Positions 19,635-29,900 of a stretch of 64,000 bases of DNA are shown here, piece after piece. The position numbers and the translations under genes were made by a program. Under the pieces are notes generated by a model. The model saw only the letters and a list, made by a program, of their open reading frames with translations. It did no database searches and was not told where the DNA came from. Position 1 is the stretch's first letter. Every line of letters begins with the position of its first letter. Origin of the DNA: a virus (taxonomy: Duplodnaviria; Caudoviricetes); IMG/VR virus record IMGVR_UViG_3300042306_000967, positions 56,951-120,950 of that record; one strand, written 5' to 3'.

Positions 19635-20782
19635 TATAGGAATTTTTCCAACTCTCTTATCACCATTTCGGATGTAATACTTTTAGTACATTCAAACTGT
19701 CTTTCAGTTCCTTTATGGTCAGGACACCAATTCCAATCACCAGCATCTAATTTAATTCTATTAAAACACCCTTCACATTTTCCTTCAGGTGCACCAATTC
19801 TAATACAATCTTCCATCTCCGCCCATCTATAAGAGAATCCACTTATTAATACCGTTGGTACATCTAATGCCCAACTCAACCAGCTCAAGCCACTACCAAT
19901 ACCAATAAATGCTTTTGATTTTTTCATCTCATCCATTACCAATTCAATTGGACCGTTTGGATGATGAATTACTCCTATTGGTAATTTATTACCCATATAG
20001 TTATCACCTTCTTTTGAAAGTAATTTTACTAAATAACCTCTACCAATCAACCAATCAACTACTTCTTGCCAACCGGTTGGATTATTCCAAAATTTAGATT
20101 GTGCAGTACCATAAGTTGCAATACAAACCTGTTTAATATCATTATCTAACTTTACAGGTCTTTGTTTTACTTTTGGTTTTATTTCTTTAAATTCTAACCC
20201 AAGTATATCAGAACACATTTTTTGCATTGTTACTGATTTTGGGTCTACTGGGTTTTTGAATCCATTTACCGAACCATTTTCATTATAAAATAGTCCAACC
20301 GAATACATCGCATATAAATTAGGAACAGGTGTACCAGGTTGTACAAACTCAATATCAGGATATTCTCCTAAAAACATATCGTTCATAAAGGTAGATACTA
20401 TTACTTCACATTTATGCTGCTTTTTAAATTCTTGTACATAAGGTATCCAGGCTAAACTATCTCCTAATGCTTTTGAATCCATTGCAATATAAACTCTCTT
20501 ACCTTCGGCGTTAAATACCATACTATACCATTCTACGCCATTTTCGTAAATAACAATTTTCCATTCAATAAAATATTGAATACTACATCTACACCAACAA
20601 TTATTATCTATGCTTGTTGTATAGCAAATTTGACCGGTTTTATTATTAATAAAATCAACTTTATAATTTGCCTTCTTTGGTCCTTTAATTTCTACAAAGG
20701 GACCATTAATAAAATGTATAAGTACATTGTTATTTATTTCCCTAATGCTTTTATTATTTTTTTTAAGATTATCGTAAATCAT
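19634..20782 (-). CDS. TibC/Aah-type (autotransporter) protein O-heptosyltransferase
   Basis: ALGDSLAWIPY..EF.K.H.C, YPDIEF, IATYGTAQSKFWNNPTGWQEVV, FIGIGSGLSWLSWA...TVLISGFS, Fe-finger cysteines CEGCFN...WNWCPDHKGTERQFECTKSIT. Start taken at MIYDN (TAATG overlap). Confidence 0.85.
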   Translation of the reverse strand: MIYDNLKKNNKSIREINNNVLIHFINGPFVEIKGPKKANYKVDFINNKTGQICYTTSIDNNCWCRCSIQYFIEWKIVIYENGVEWYSMVFNAEGKRVYIAMDSKALGDSLAWIPYVQEFKKQHKCEVIVSTFMNDMFLGEYPDIEFVQPGTPVPNLYAMYSVGLFYNENGSVNGFKNPVDPKSVTMQKMCSDILGLEFKEIKPKVKQRPVKLDNDIKQVCIATYGTAQSKFWNNPTGWQEVVDWLIGRGYLVKLLSKEGDNYMGNKLPIGVIHHPNGPIELVMDEMKKSKAFIGIGSGLSWLSWALDVPTVLISGFSYRWAEMEDCIRIGAPEGKCEGCFNRIKLDAGDWNWCPDHKGTERQFECTKSITSEMVIRELEKFL

Positions 20783-22950
20783 TAACTCCAAGTTTTTACT
20801 GTTTGGTCTATAAGAGAATATCCTTCGGATTGTTTACAATATACTTTATTTGTTGTATATCTAAGCTTTGGTTCTTTGTAAAATACATCAGTAAGCCATA
20901 AATCGAATCCTTCCCACGGCGTATCATTGAATCTATCAATCCACCATTGTTTAGTTCGATTTGGTATTAAGTATGCATGTGCTAAATCTTGATTTGCTGC
21001 AGTTTTACTGAATAGTTCATCAACCTTTTCTTTATTTCTAGAACTATTATTTGCCAATCCAACATAGTAAACATCATCTCTTTCCGATATAAAACAAGCC
21101 TTATTTACTATATCCACAAATTCTTCTAAACCGGTATAAATAAATGCATCTGCTTCAAATATCAAAGTGTAATCATATTCATCACTCATTGTTTCCAACG
21201 CCTTTCTATGAGCAGAAAAACATCCATAATGTCTGCCAGTTAAAGGTCCCAATCCATTTCCAAAATTACCAGGTTTATCCGATATATGGTCTGGTCTTTT
21301 ACAATGTTCCGATGGTGGAGTTTGGTCATATGGTTTGTTTACCATTGGTAGATAATCAATACCATATTTTGATAATTGTTTTAAAGATGCTCTACTCACT
21401 CTTTCTCTAACATCATCTGGTCTAGTCAATAGGTGTCTAACTTGTATTTTTGGTTTTCTACGAATAAATGAACGAAATCCTTCTTTAAATTGCCCATAGA
21501 AGAATTCATTTGCCGCTTGTGTAACTCCGTGAAATACACCATAATCATCACCACTTACAATTCCACCTGGTTTAACTTTATTATACCAAAATTGTAAATC
21601 TTCTTTTAATGCATCATAACTATGACCAGCATCTAACATTATATAATCTATACTTCCATTTGCAAATTGATTAGATGCGTTTTTAGAAGTATCTTTAATC
21701 ATATTGATATTATCATAGTTATCTGATAATATTGTGTTATCGATAAATTCATAAAAGATATCACCATTAAACGAACCAACGATTGTCTGGTGTATATCTT
21801 CATCATCAGTTCCTTTCCAAGTATCTACCGTTGTGAACTTTATGTTCTTTTTAGATTCTCTAATTTTTTCTGCTAAATAATTTGTTGATTTACCAAACCA
21901 TGCACCTACTTCTACAAACACATCATCATTTCCCGCATTTTCTACAACCTCATCATAAAGTTCTCTATATGCAAACCAACCAGGAATTTCATTAAATTCA
22001 GGTTGTAATTTTTCTAAAATAATTCTTTTGGTAAGTTTTAAATCATCATTGATATAAGTTACCAATGAGTTATTATCGTATGTATCCAAATATGTATGTA
22101 AATTTCTAAAGATACATGGTAATTTATAAGATAGTGCTTCTTTTATAGAAAGTGGATTTAATTCCAATATAGATGAAAAATAAAAAAGGTCACATGCTGC
22201 ATAGAATGTATCCACATCATCTCGCTCTCCCCATATGACACAATTATCAGGCTTATGCTTCATTAAAGGTAACCAATAATGTTCATAATTCATAGCTTGG
22301 TTTCCAACAAAGTGAAACTTAATTTTATACTTTTCTAATTGCCTAGCTATTGAAAATATTTCACCCTGATTTTTACCAGGTGAAAATAATCCAACCATTA
22401 AAACATGTTTCCATTCAGAATCTAATCCCAATTGTTGTTTTGCAATTTGTTTATCAAAAACATATTCACTAATAGGATATTCCCATAGAGTAGTTTCAAC
22501 TCCTAAATTCGCTTCATCAAACTTTTGTTTACTCCATTCAGAAACCAAAACATAACGGTCTGGTTGATATATAATTTCAGATGGTGTTGTAAACGAACCA
22601 TGTGTTGTTGCCAAAATAAAATAAGACCTATCCTTTGTAAAGATACTATCTAAAACGTAGGTTGGTAAATCAAATTGTGGTATTTCTTGGAAATGTATAA
22701 CATCTGGATTAAATTTTTCAATTACATCCAATATCTTAGTCTTATCCTCACCCAATGTGTGAACTACTGCTAATTTTTTTATTCTATTTTTTTGAACAAC
22801 AAACGCATCACCGCCGCTGTTGTTTATTTCAACCACTTCAATATCGAAATCATTAACAAAATGTTCGATTTGTTTATAGGTGTATTGGGGCTGTCCTCCT
22901 GTTGATAAGTGGGGACAGACGTAAAGTAACTTTTTTCTTTCTGTTTTCAT
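20782..22950 (-). CDS. Tri-domain glycan enzyme: GT4 glycosyltransferase + class I SAM methyltransferase + GT-A (GT25-like) domain
   Basis: HLSTGGQPQY, VGLFSPGKNQ, ELNPLSIKEALS (GT-B); VEVGAWFGKST, IMLDAGHSY, KPGGIVSGDDY (Methyltransf_24-like); GCFSAH..., LIFEADA (GT25-like). Confidence 0.8.
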   Translation of the reverse strand: MKTERKKLLYVCPHLSTGGQPQYTYKQIEHFVNDFDIEVVEINNSGGDAFVVQKNRIKKLAVVHTLGEDKTKILDVIEKFNPDVIHFQEIPQFDLPTYVLDSIFTKDRSYFILATTHGSFTTPSEIIYQPDRYVLVSEWSKQKFDEANLGVETTLWEYPISEYVFDKQIAKQQLGLDSEWKHVLMVGLFSPGKNQGEIFSIARQLEKYKIKFHFVGNQAMNYEHYWLPLMKHKPDNCVIWGERDDVDTFYAACDLFYFSSILELNPLSIKEALSYKLPCIFRNLHTYLDTYDNNSLVTYINDDLKLTKRIILEKLQPEFNEIPGWFAYRELYDEVVENAGNDDVFVEVGAWFGKSTNYLAEKIRESKKNIKFTTVDTWKGTDDEDIHQTIVGSFNGDIFYEFIDNTILSDNYDNINMIKDTSKNASNQFANGSIDYIMLDAGHSYDALKEDLQFWYNKVKPGGIVSGDDYGVFHGVTQAANEFFYGQFKEGFRSFIRRKPKIQVRHLLTRPDDVRERVSRASLKQLSKYGIDYLPMVNKPYDQTPPSEHCKRPDHISDKPGNFGNGLGPLTGRHYGCFSAHRKALETMSDEYDYTLIFEADAFIYTGLEEFVDIVNKACFISERDDVYYVGLANNSSRNKEKVDELFSKTAANQDLAHAYLIPNRTKQWWIDRFNDTPWEGFDLWLTDVFYKEPKLRYTTNKVYCKQSEGYSLIDQTVKTWS

Positions 22951-22964
22951 TCTAAAAATAATAT

Positions 22965-22996
22965 CAAATATACAAAATTTTTCTTAATCTACCAAA
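22965..22996 (-). promoter_or_regulatory. Bacteroidota sigmaA-type promoter for the glycosylation operon
   Basis: TTTG (22993-22996), 20 nt, TATATTTG (22965-22972). Confidence 0.75.
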
Positions 22997-23002
22997 TTTA
23001 TT

Positions 23003-23281
23003 TTAGGATTCATAAGAAATAGTACCATCCGCTAGGTTTATTTCACCATTAGGATACTTTTTTTGTAAATCTGATATGCTGTTTTCTAGTTTGAGTGCAA
23101 GTAAATCAAATTTTTCTTCGGTTTCTTTTTTAATAGCTTCGAATTTTTCGATTTCAGTTTTAAACTCTCTTATTTTAAAACTTATTTCTCCCACTTGAAA
23201 TATCAACATACTAAGCTCTGACTGAGTATTGTTTATGTAATCTAGTGTGTCTTGTGATAATTTTTCTTTAATTTGTGACAT
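23003..23281 (-). CDS. Small coiled-coil protein, paralog of 18100..18462
   Basis: Coiled coil ending KYPNGEINLADGTI; late motif at 23298-23305. Confidence 0.55.
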   Translation of the reverse strand: MSQIKEKLSQDTLDYINNTQSELSMLIFQVGEISFKIREFKTEIEKFEAIKKETEEKFDLLALKLENSISDLQKKYPNGEINLADGTISYES

Positions 23282-23317
23282 AATTTATTGTTTGTATATA
23301 AATATATATCTTTTAAA

Positions 23318-25315
23318 TTATTCAAAAACAGCAGATGCACAGCTTCTACATATAGTTTCGTATGATTGTTTTATCTTTTGGATATGTTCTTCATTACCCC
23401 AAAAATCTCTTAATTCTTGTGTTTGTAGGTTTCCAAATTTAAAATCAAAATCATAATCATTACAACATAGGAAAGCATCACCATTTGCGTTTACATGCAC
23501 CCATCCGATTGGTCTACCACCAACTTCTCTACCATTGCCACAACCTATAACCTTTTTACCTTCATTGTTTTTCATTAAGTTTCGTTGTATCGCCGGACCG
23601 TTTGTTATAACTTCATCCAATAATCCTGCTCTATCAATAAGGTAAGGTACTGTGAATATATTTACACCAGGAAATAATTCTCTTGCTTTTTTCTCTTGCT
23701 GAACCAATTCTCCACTTTGTACATTCAAGTCAATATCCGATGGAAATTGCTCTCCTTTCTCTAACCACCCACCCTTATTACCAAACGATAATTCATGTAC
23801 ACCATTTATCTGAATAGAGAACGCCTTTCTTTGAACCATTTCAGGCAATTGCTCTACTGCGTATTTAATGTTTGATATTAACTTATCAAATTGTTTTATG
23901 TTAATACCACTTCGTTTACTCCAAGTTTCTGCATCAAATGCCGGAGTATTTAAACATATACCACTTAAACAATCCTGATATTCTTTTAATATATCAACTT
24001 TCTCAGGTGTTAATGGAATACCATTTGAAAGTACCATTGTTACCAATTTATACTTTCTACATATTTTTAATATTTCTTCAAAATGTGGATATAAAAGAAC
24101 TTCGTTATAATGTGCTGTATAGAATCCATTGAATGCTTTACTAACCAATCCATCCGGTCTTTCTCTTTCATCTATAAGATTTTTTATAATTTTTTCAAAT
24201 AGTTCCGGACTCATTACCGCTTTACCTTCGGTTGGATTGCCTTTATACTTTACAGGACAATACCAACATTTCGCATTACATACACCATACGGGTCTATTT
24301 GTAAGTTTGTAATTTTATATTTGTTAAAATCATTTTTAATTTTACTCTCATCGGTTTGTTCAATTAAAATAGATTTATTTGCAGTTTCACATATTTCTTT
24401 CCAATAATAAAAAGAAGCATATTTTTCACTTATATTTAATGATTCGTTGTATGGAAGTTTATCAGTAAAAGCTCCTTTATAAAATAAACCTTTAGCATAC
24501 GAATGAAAGTGGTTGTTATCAGCAACAACTCCCGCATTATGTAATATTGGATATTTATCTACTTCGGAAATATCACCAGTTACCCATCCAAAATCTAATC
24601 TTTCATCCACTATCGTTTCATGTCCCACTAACCAAGCATTCCATAATAAACTCCACATACCGGCGGTCCATTTTTGAATTGGATAATCATACTCATTTTT
24701 TTTAACATGTCTATGTTCATTATCACAAAACCATTTATAAAGATTTATACTATCTTTTTCAACTTTATCCCAAAATTCGTATGTAGTGTTTTTAACTATA
24801 TATTGTGCCCCACCTGAATTATTATTTAGTAGTTTTGGAATTAATGGGTCTATGCCTATAATTCTACACATATTATCATAAACATAATCTCCTTTTGATT
24901 TTATGTAATCATGATTTATATAAAATTTAGTATTACTTAAATACCAACTATTACCAGCAATCATCTCGTCAAATTTTGGTGGCCTTGTCAAAACTATATC
25001 CGAATCATGTAGGAATAAAACATCATCTTGTATTTCAGGTCTTGCTACAATATGTTGCTTCATCAAATTAAAATAAATGGATGGTTGATAATTTTTATCA
25101 GTTCTACTATCATTATAAAAGAAAAAACGAACACTATTATAATGTAGCATTAATTTTCGCCATTCATCTGGAATTACACCATTCTCTATACCACAAACTA
25201 TATCAATGTAGTTTGGATTTACTCCCATTTTTTTGAAGTTGTTAATTAAAACTTCAACTTGCCAAGTATAATAAGTGATTGCCGGTTGGCAACAAATATA
25301 TCGTAATTTTTTCAT
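23318..25315 (-). CDS. GT-A-like glycosyltransferase fused to a radical SAM/SPASM domain
   Basis: N-half DxD motif LFLHDSDIV, GGAQYI, WTAGMWSLLW, ILHNAG; C-half CNAKCWYC (CxxxCxxC), LSNG, and SPASM-like C...HVNANGDAFLCCNDY...GNL...W...CRSC. Confidence 0.75.
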   Translation of the reverse strand: MKKLRYICCQPAITYYTWQVEVLINNFKKMGVNPNYIDIVCGIENGVIPDEWRKLMLHYNSVRFFFYNDSRTDKNYQPSIYFNLMKQHIVARPEIQDDVLFLHDSDIVLTRPPKFDEMIAGNSWYLSNTKFYINHDYIKSKGDYVYDNMCRIIGIDPLIPKLLNNNSGGAQYIVKNTTYEFWDKVEKDSINLYKWFCDNEHRHVKKNEYDYPIQKWTAGMWSLLWNAWLVGHETIVDERLDFGWVTGDISEVDKYPILHNAGVVADNNHFHSYAKGLFYKGAFTDKLPYNESLNISEKYASFYYWKEICETANKSILIEQTDESKIKNDFNKYKITNLQIDPYGVCNAKCWYCPVKYKGNPTEGKAVMSPELFEKIIKNLIDERERPDGLVSKAFNGFYTAHYNEVLLYPHFEEILKICRKYKLVTMVLSNGIPLTPEKVDILKEYQDCLSGICLNTPAFDAETWSKRSGINIKQFDKLISNIKYAVEQLPEMVQRKAFSIQINGVHELSFGNKGGWLEKGEQFPSDIDLNVQSGELVQQEKKARELFPGVNIFTVPYLIDRAGLLDEVITNGPAIQRNLMKNNEGKKVIGCGNGREVGGRPIGWVHVNANGDAFLCCNDYDFDFKFGNLQTQELRDFWGNEEHIQKIKQSYETICRSCASAVFE

Positions 25316-25346
25316 AACCTTTATCAATAAATATTAAAATATATGC

Positions 25347-26936
25347 TTACGGGCATTCGCCGCTATAATATGAAAATTGAACAATATCAGTACTACTAAA
25401 TGTAACATTATAGAATGTATAAGTACCACCACCCGATACAGGTACACTATCAATTGGTGTATTGTTTATCTCCAATACTATACATCCATTTGCCGATGGA
25501 TTAAATATACCTACATCTACATTAGCAGATGATAATGAACCTTGAGTACCACTAACACTTTGTCCCGCAGATATTGGGTAGAAACCTGTTGTAATAACAG
25601 CAAATTCTATTCCTCCAGAAGTAACTTCTGTCACAGTTCCAGTACCATCAACATTAAGTACATAGAATGTATCACCTCCTGGAGCAGCCGTTGTTGATGT
25701 TGTTGTAGTTGTAGTAGGTGCTTCGGTGGTTGTAGTTGTAGTTGGAGTTCCTTCACATCCATACGCTATACATTCCGCATAAGATATGTAAGTACCAAGT
25801 CCAGTTCCAACGTTTGTACAAGTACCAATGATACAATCCCAATCCAAAGAACCCGGACCTGCAGTAGTTGTAGTTGTAGTAGGTGCTTCCGTAGTTGTGG
25901 TTGTTGTAGTTGTGGTTGTACCAGGTGCACAATCACCCACCAACGTATATGTACCACCGGCAACGGATGGTGCTCCCAAGAAACATATGTTTACAGTTCC
26001 AAAGAACCCAGTATCACTATATGGCGTATTATCGCACAATGTACCATTTATATCTGCACCATATGTTGGGTCAGTTGATGTTATTTGATATTCTTTACAA
26101 GTTGGCGCGGCCGTTGTTGTAGTTGTTGTAGTTGTTGTAGGCGCTTCCGTTGTTGTAGTTGTTGTAGTTGTTGTAGTTGTTGTAGGCGCTTCCGTTGTTG
26201 TAGTTGTTGTAGGCGCTTCCGTTGTAGTTGTTGTAGTTGGTGCTTCCGTTGTAGTTGTTGTAGTAGGAGCAGCGGTAGTAGTTGTTGTAGTAGGCGCTTC
26301 AGTTGTAGTTGTAGTTGTTGGTGCCGCAGTAGTTGTGGTTGTTGTAGTTGTAGTAGTTGTAGTAGTTGTAGTTGTTGTAGTTGTTGTAGTAGTTGTGGTT
26401 GTGGTTGTTGTAACAGAAATACAAGTACCTTTATCGTTTAATACACCATCATTACTTATAATATAATAATATGTTCCATCCGAATAATATCCATTTGATG
26501 CAATTGTAGTTAGGCTACCATTTGTAAAAAGTTTTGTACTCTCTGTTAATGTAACTCCACCATATGACCAATACACCGTTGGGGAAGCTAAAAAATCAAT
26601 ACACGCACTGTTAGCAGAAGATGCATCATACCCCAAACTAAATGAAGATGGTGGAACTATTGTAGTAGTTGGTGCCGCAGTAGTAGTTGTAGTTGTAGTT
26701 GTTGTAGGTGGTGTAACTTCACTAGTACCCATACAATTACTACTGCCACCTTGTAAAAGTTCTATGGTTGCACCAGATGGTGCTGATATACTACCAGGTT
26801 GTGCTTCTATTACTACAGAATTTAAAGTTTCACTTAAAAAAATAGATGGACCGGCAAAGCCTTCGCACTCTAACCAAGATACATTCCCACTAGTACTACT
26901 AGCTAACGTTACTCTATATATGTTTACAGTTGGCAT
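25347..26936 (-). CDS. Mucin-like Thr-rich virion/fibre protein with small Cys-containing modules
   Basis: Several (E/A)APTTTTTT tracts separating Cys-paired beta modules; directly downstream of the giant fibre gene. Confidence 0.65.
   Translation of the reverse strand: MPTVNIYRVTLASSTSGNVSWLECEGFAGPSIFLSETLNSVVIEAQPGSISAPSGATIELLQGGSSNCMGTSEVTPPTTTTTTTTTAAPTTTIVPPSSFSLGYDASSANSACIDFLASPTVYWSYGGVTLTESTKLFTNGSLTTIASNGYYSDGTYYYIISNDGVLNDKGTCISVTTTTTTTTTTTTTTTTTTTTTTTTTTTTAAPTTTTTTEAPTTTTTTAAPTTTTTTEAPTTTTTTEAPTTTTTTEAPTTTTTTTTTTTTEAPTTTTTTTTTAAPTCKEYQITSTDPTYGADINGTLCDNTPYSDTGFFGTVNICFLGAPSVAGGTYTLVGDCAPGTTTTTTTTTTEAPTTTTTTAGPGSLDWDCIIGTCTNVGTGLGTYISYAECIAYGCEGTPTTTTTTEAPTTTTTTSTTAAPGGDTFYVLNVDGTGTVTEVTSGGIEFAVITTGFYPISAGQSVSGTQGSLSSANVDVGIFNPSANGCIVLEINNTPIDSVPVSGGGTYTFYNVTFSSTDIVQFSYYSGECP
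26107..26412 (-). repeat. Poly-Thr / (EA)PTTTTTT coding repeat
   Basis: Plus strand (GTT/GTA/GTG)n interrupted by GGCGCTTCC/GGTGCTTCC; mixed synonymous Thr codons; shorter tracts near 25690-25745, 25860-25920 and 26660-26706. Confidence 0.9.
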
Positions 26937-26950
26937 TTATTATTATATTT

Positions 26951-29900
26951 TTATAAAGAACCACTAAGTTGTGCTTCCAATCTATTTACTTTTTCCGATA
27001 ACTCTTGTATAGCTTTTACAATTGGTGATATAAATTCTTCATATCTTAATCCTAAATTAGTATGTTCAATTGGGTCTTCCGCTATATATCCAGCAAAATC
27101 AGTTGTACTTAATCCAATCTCATCTAAAGTAGCCTTAACATCTTGAGCAATTAAACCATAGTGAGTTCTCTTACCAGGAATAATTTCTATAACTTGAGGT
27201 TTTTCTGGATTTGGGATTTCTTTATACGTTGCTTCTTTTATTAAAATATCACCATCGTATTTAGCTTCCTCATCCAATATACTAATAGTTGGTGGTAGTT
27301 CTTCCCATATTTTACTACCCGTTATCATAGTATATGATACTGGATTTAATCTATTTATAAAATCAAGTCCTAATATCGATGATGTTATATTTGTCTTTTT
27401 AGTTCTATCAGATGTGGTTGTTACTGCTCCATTTGTGAAAATATCTCGCCATCTTTTTGAAGTAGCTCCCAAATCCCATTGGTCATCTGTATATGGGTTT
27501 ATGTTGGCAGAAACTGTTGCGTACCATTGATTTGCTAAAACACCAGTATTTGGTCCATCAATTTTAAATACTTCTTGCCATGCCGTTATTGTACCGGTTC
27601 CATACCCAATTCCCAATCTACCAGTCATATATTGACCACCAAATGTTTGAATTCCATATGCACCCCACGAATCCGCCAACGTTGCACCACCAGCGTTTAC
27701 ATCAATATACCCACCTTTAGTTTGCATCAACATTGAACCAAATGAATATGAACCCGGATCAATTCTTATCAGTTTAACAAAAGCAGTTTCATTGGATACA
27801 ATTTGAACACCACCGCCATTTATTTCTGCTTTGTTTACGTTTGCTTTGAATTTAAAATCATAATAATTAATAGTTCCAGTATTTGAATGAGATGCGTTTA
27901 CCGAATTAGCGTAATATGTAGTTGTTCCACCAAGGCTATCGACCACATGCCCAGAACCTGCGAATACTTTAAGTGTTAATGCAACTCTATATGTTCCGGC
28001 CGCTGGAATGGTTATTGTTACAGATTTATTTCCTGCAATAATATCTCCACTATAAGAAGCGGGATTAGTATATGAAATCGGTCCATTCCAATAATAGAAG
28101 CTTCCTCCACCAGATGCTCCAATATAAAATGTATTACTCGCGGCGCCATTTCGATAAGTAGCTGCACCACCTACTTCTGATTCTGCCAATAATGTAGTAC
28201 CCGTTGAATTATATAATTGCACCACCCATCTAGCACTTCCATAATAGCCATAAGCTGCTCTTGATTGGTAAGTTTCGGTAACATCAGCCGGAGGGCTTGG
28301 TGGAGAATCCGATGTAGTTGATATAGTTCCCGCCGTAATAGTAAGTGCTGTGGCGGGTATTGGTACCGTAACATCAATTGTTCCTGCGGCTAGTGTTGTT
28401 ATAGTTGTACCACCACTATCTACGGTAATTCCTTTTTCACCAACACCAGAAGCAACAACATATGTATCAACACCCATGGTAGTACCACTATTTGCTGTTA
28501 CACTTGTTGTACCCGTCCAAGTGGATCCAGAAACATAAATTGCCGCTGCACCAGCATCGGATAATTCTGCATTTGCATTAATTACTACTTTAGGCGATGC
28601 TAAATCTCCTCTTTTGAAAAATGAAATTTGTGGAATTTGTGTATCTATTTGCAACAAACTTCCCGATGCCAAAAACTTACCGTCTGCAATAGTAAATCCA
28701 CCAATATTTCCTTGTGTTGCATTTAATATACCAGATATATTTAAATCATCACCATCCCAATATACATAATTATTTGAACCAGAAACCGATTGACCAAATC
28801 TAAAATTACCATTTACATCTAAATAAAATCCTCTACCAGTTGTAAGTGTGTTTGCATTTGCTGAACGGATAAATCCTGTATTACTACCTTCCGTACCCAT
28901 TACTAAACCTCTAGTGATGGTTGCATCTTGAGCTAATAATACATCAGTTGCTACTGAACTAAATTGTGCTCCAAATATAGACCAGTTTGAGTTTGGTGGT
29001 GTACCCCATACTGAACCAGAATTGTTATTAAGAGATAAATTATTTGCTAAATAAAAAGTACTTCCCGCTCTTACAATGTCCCTTCTTTCAGTTGTATGAT
29101 AGTAAACACTTCCGGTTGCAAAATTTCCTCTAAATACAACCCCTGCACCAGGTTGCCCATTAGTACCACTAACACCGGATGTACCACTAACACCAGATGT
29201 ACCGGCTGCCGCATATACAGTCCAAGTGTTTGTTGCATTTGGCGGATATCCGGTATTAATATTTGTATTGTTTGTAGAAGTATGTGTTATTGAATTAATA
29301 TAACTAGCACCACTATATGTTGCCGTATCGTCAGGATAATAGATAATACTCGGTGCCCAAGCTCCTCTAAAAGAACCTTCTGGTACTCCAGGCTCTCTTT
29401 GTCTAATACTACCAACTATTGTTAATTGGTCTCCATCCCAAAACATGCCTTTACCAGATGTACCCGTTGTTTTAATTGAAAAACGTCCTGTTGTACCATT
29501 TGTGCCATCTTCATATAATCCCAAGAAAACACCAGGTCTATTATATCCAATAATTCCTGGAGTTGTCAATGATGTTCCACTTGTACCCGCAGTTCCTTGT
29601 GTACCGGTTTGACCAATTGCAATGTATGGGTCTGGTCTTCCACCTGCAATTACAATATTTGCAAATGCACCACTACCATCTTTAGTACCAACATTAATTG
29701 TATTCTTAACATATGATTCTTGGAATATTGCAATTTGTGCTGCAACAAAGAATTCTTCATTTCCTAAATACTGCCAATATGCATTATCACTTGTTGTACC
29801 GGTTGGTGCTTGAATTCCTGCACCCGTACCAGGACCACTTTCTTGAATTGCACCATAGTATTGTGTTACGTTTCCATTTGTAGCAGGGTCTGGATGTATT

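Noticed and set aside
25690-26710. Possible CRISPR array or non-coding satellite in the GTT/GTA-rich region
   Set aside because: No constant repeat with unique spacers; the pattern is an in-frame Thr codon run inside an ORF.
26951-28600. Diversity-generating retroelement target at the fibre tip
   Set aside because: No reverse transcriptase and no template/variable repeat pair visible in this window.
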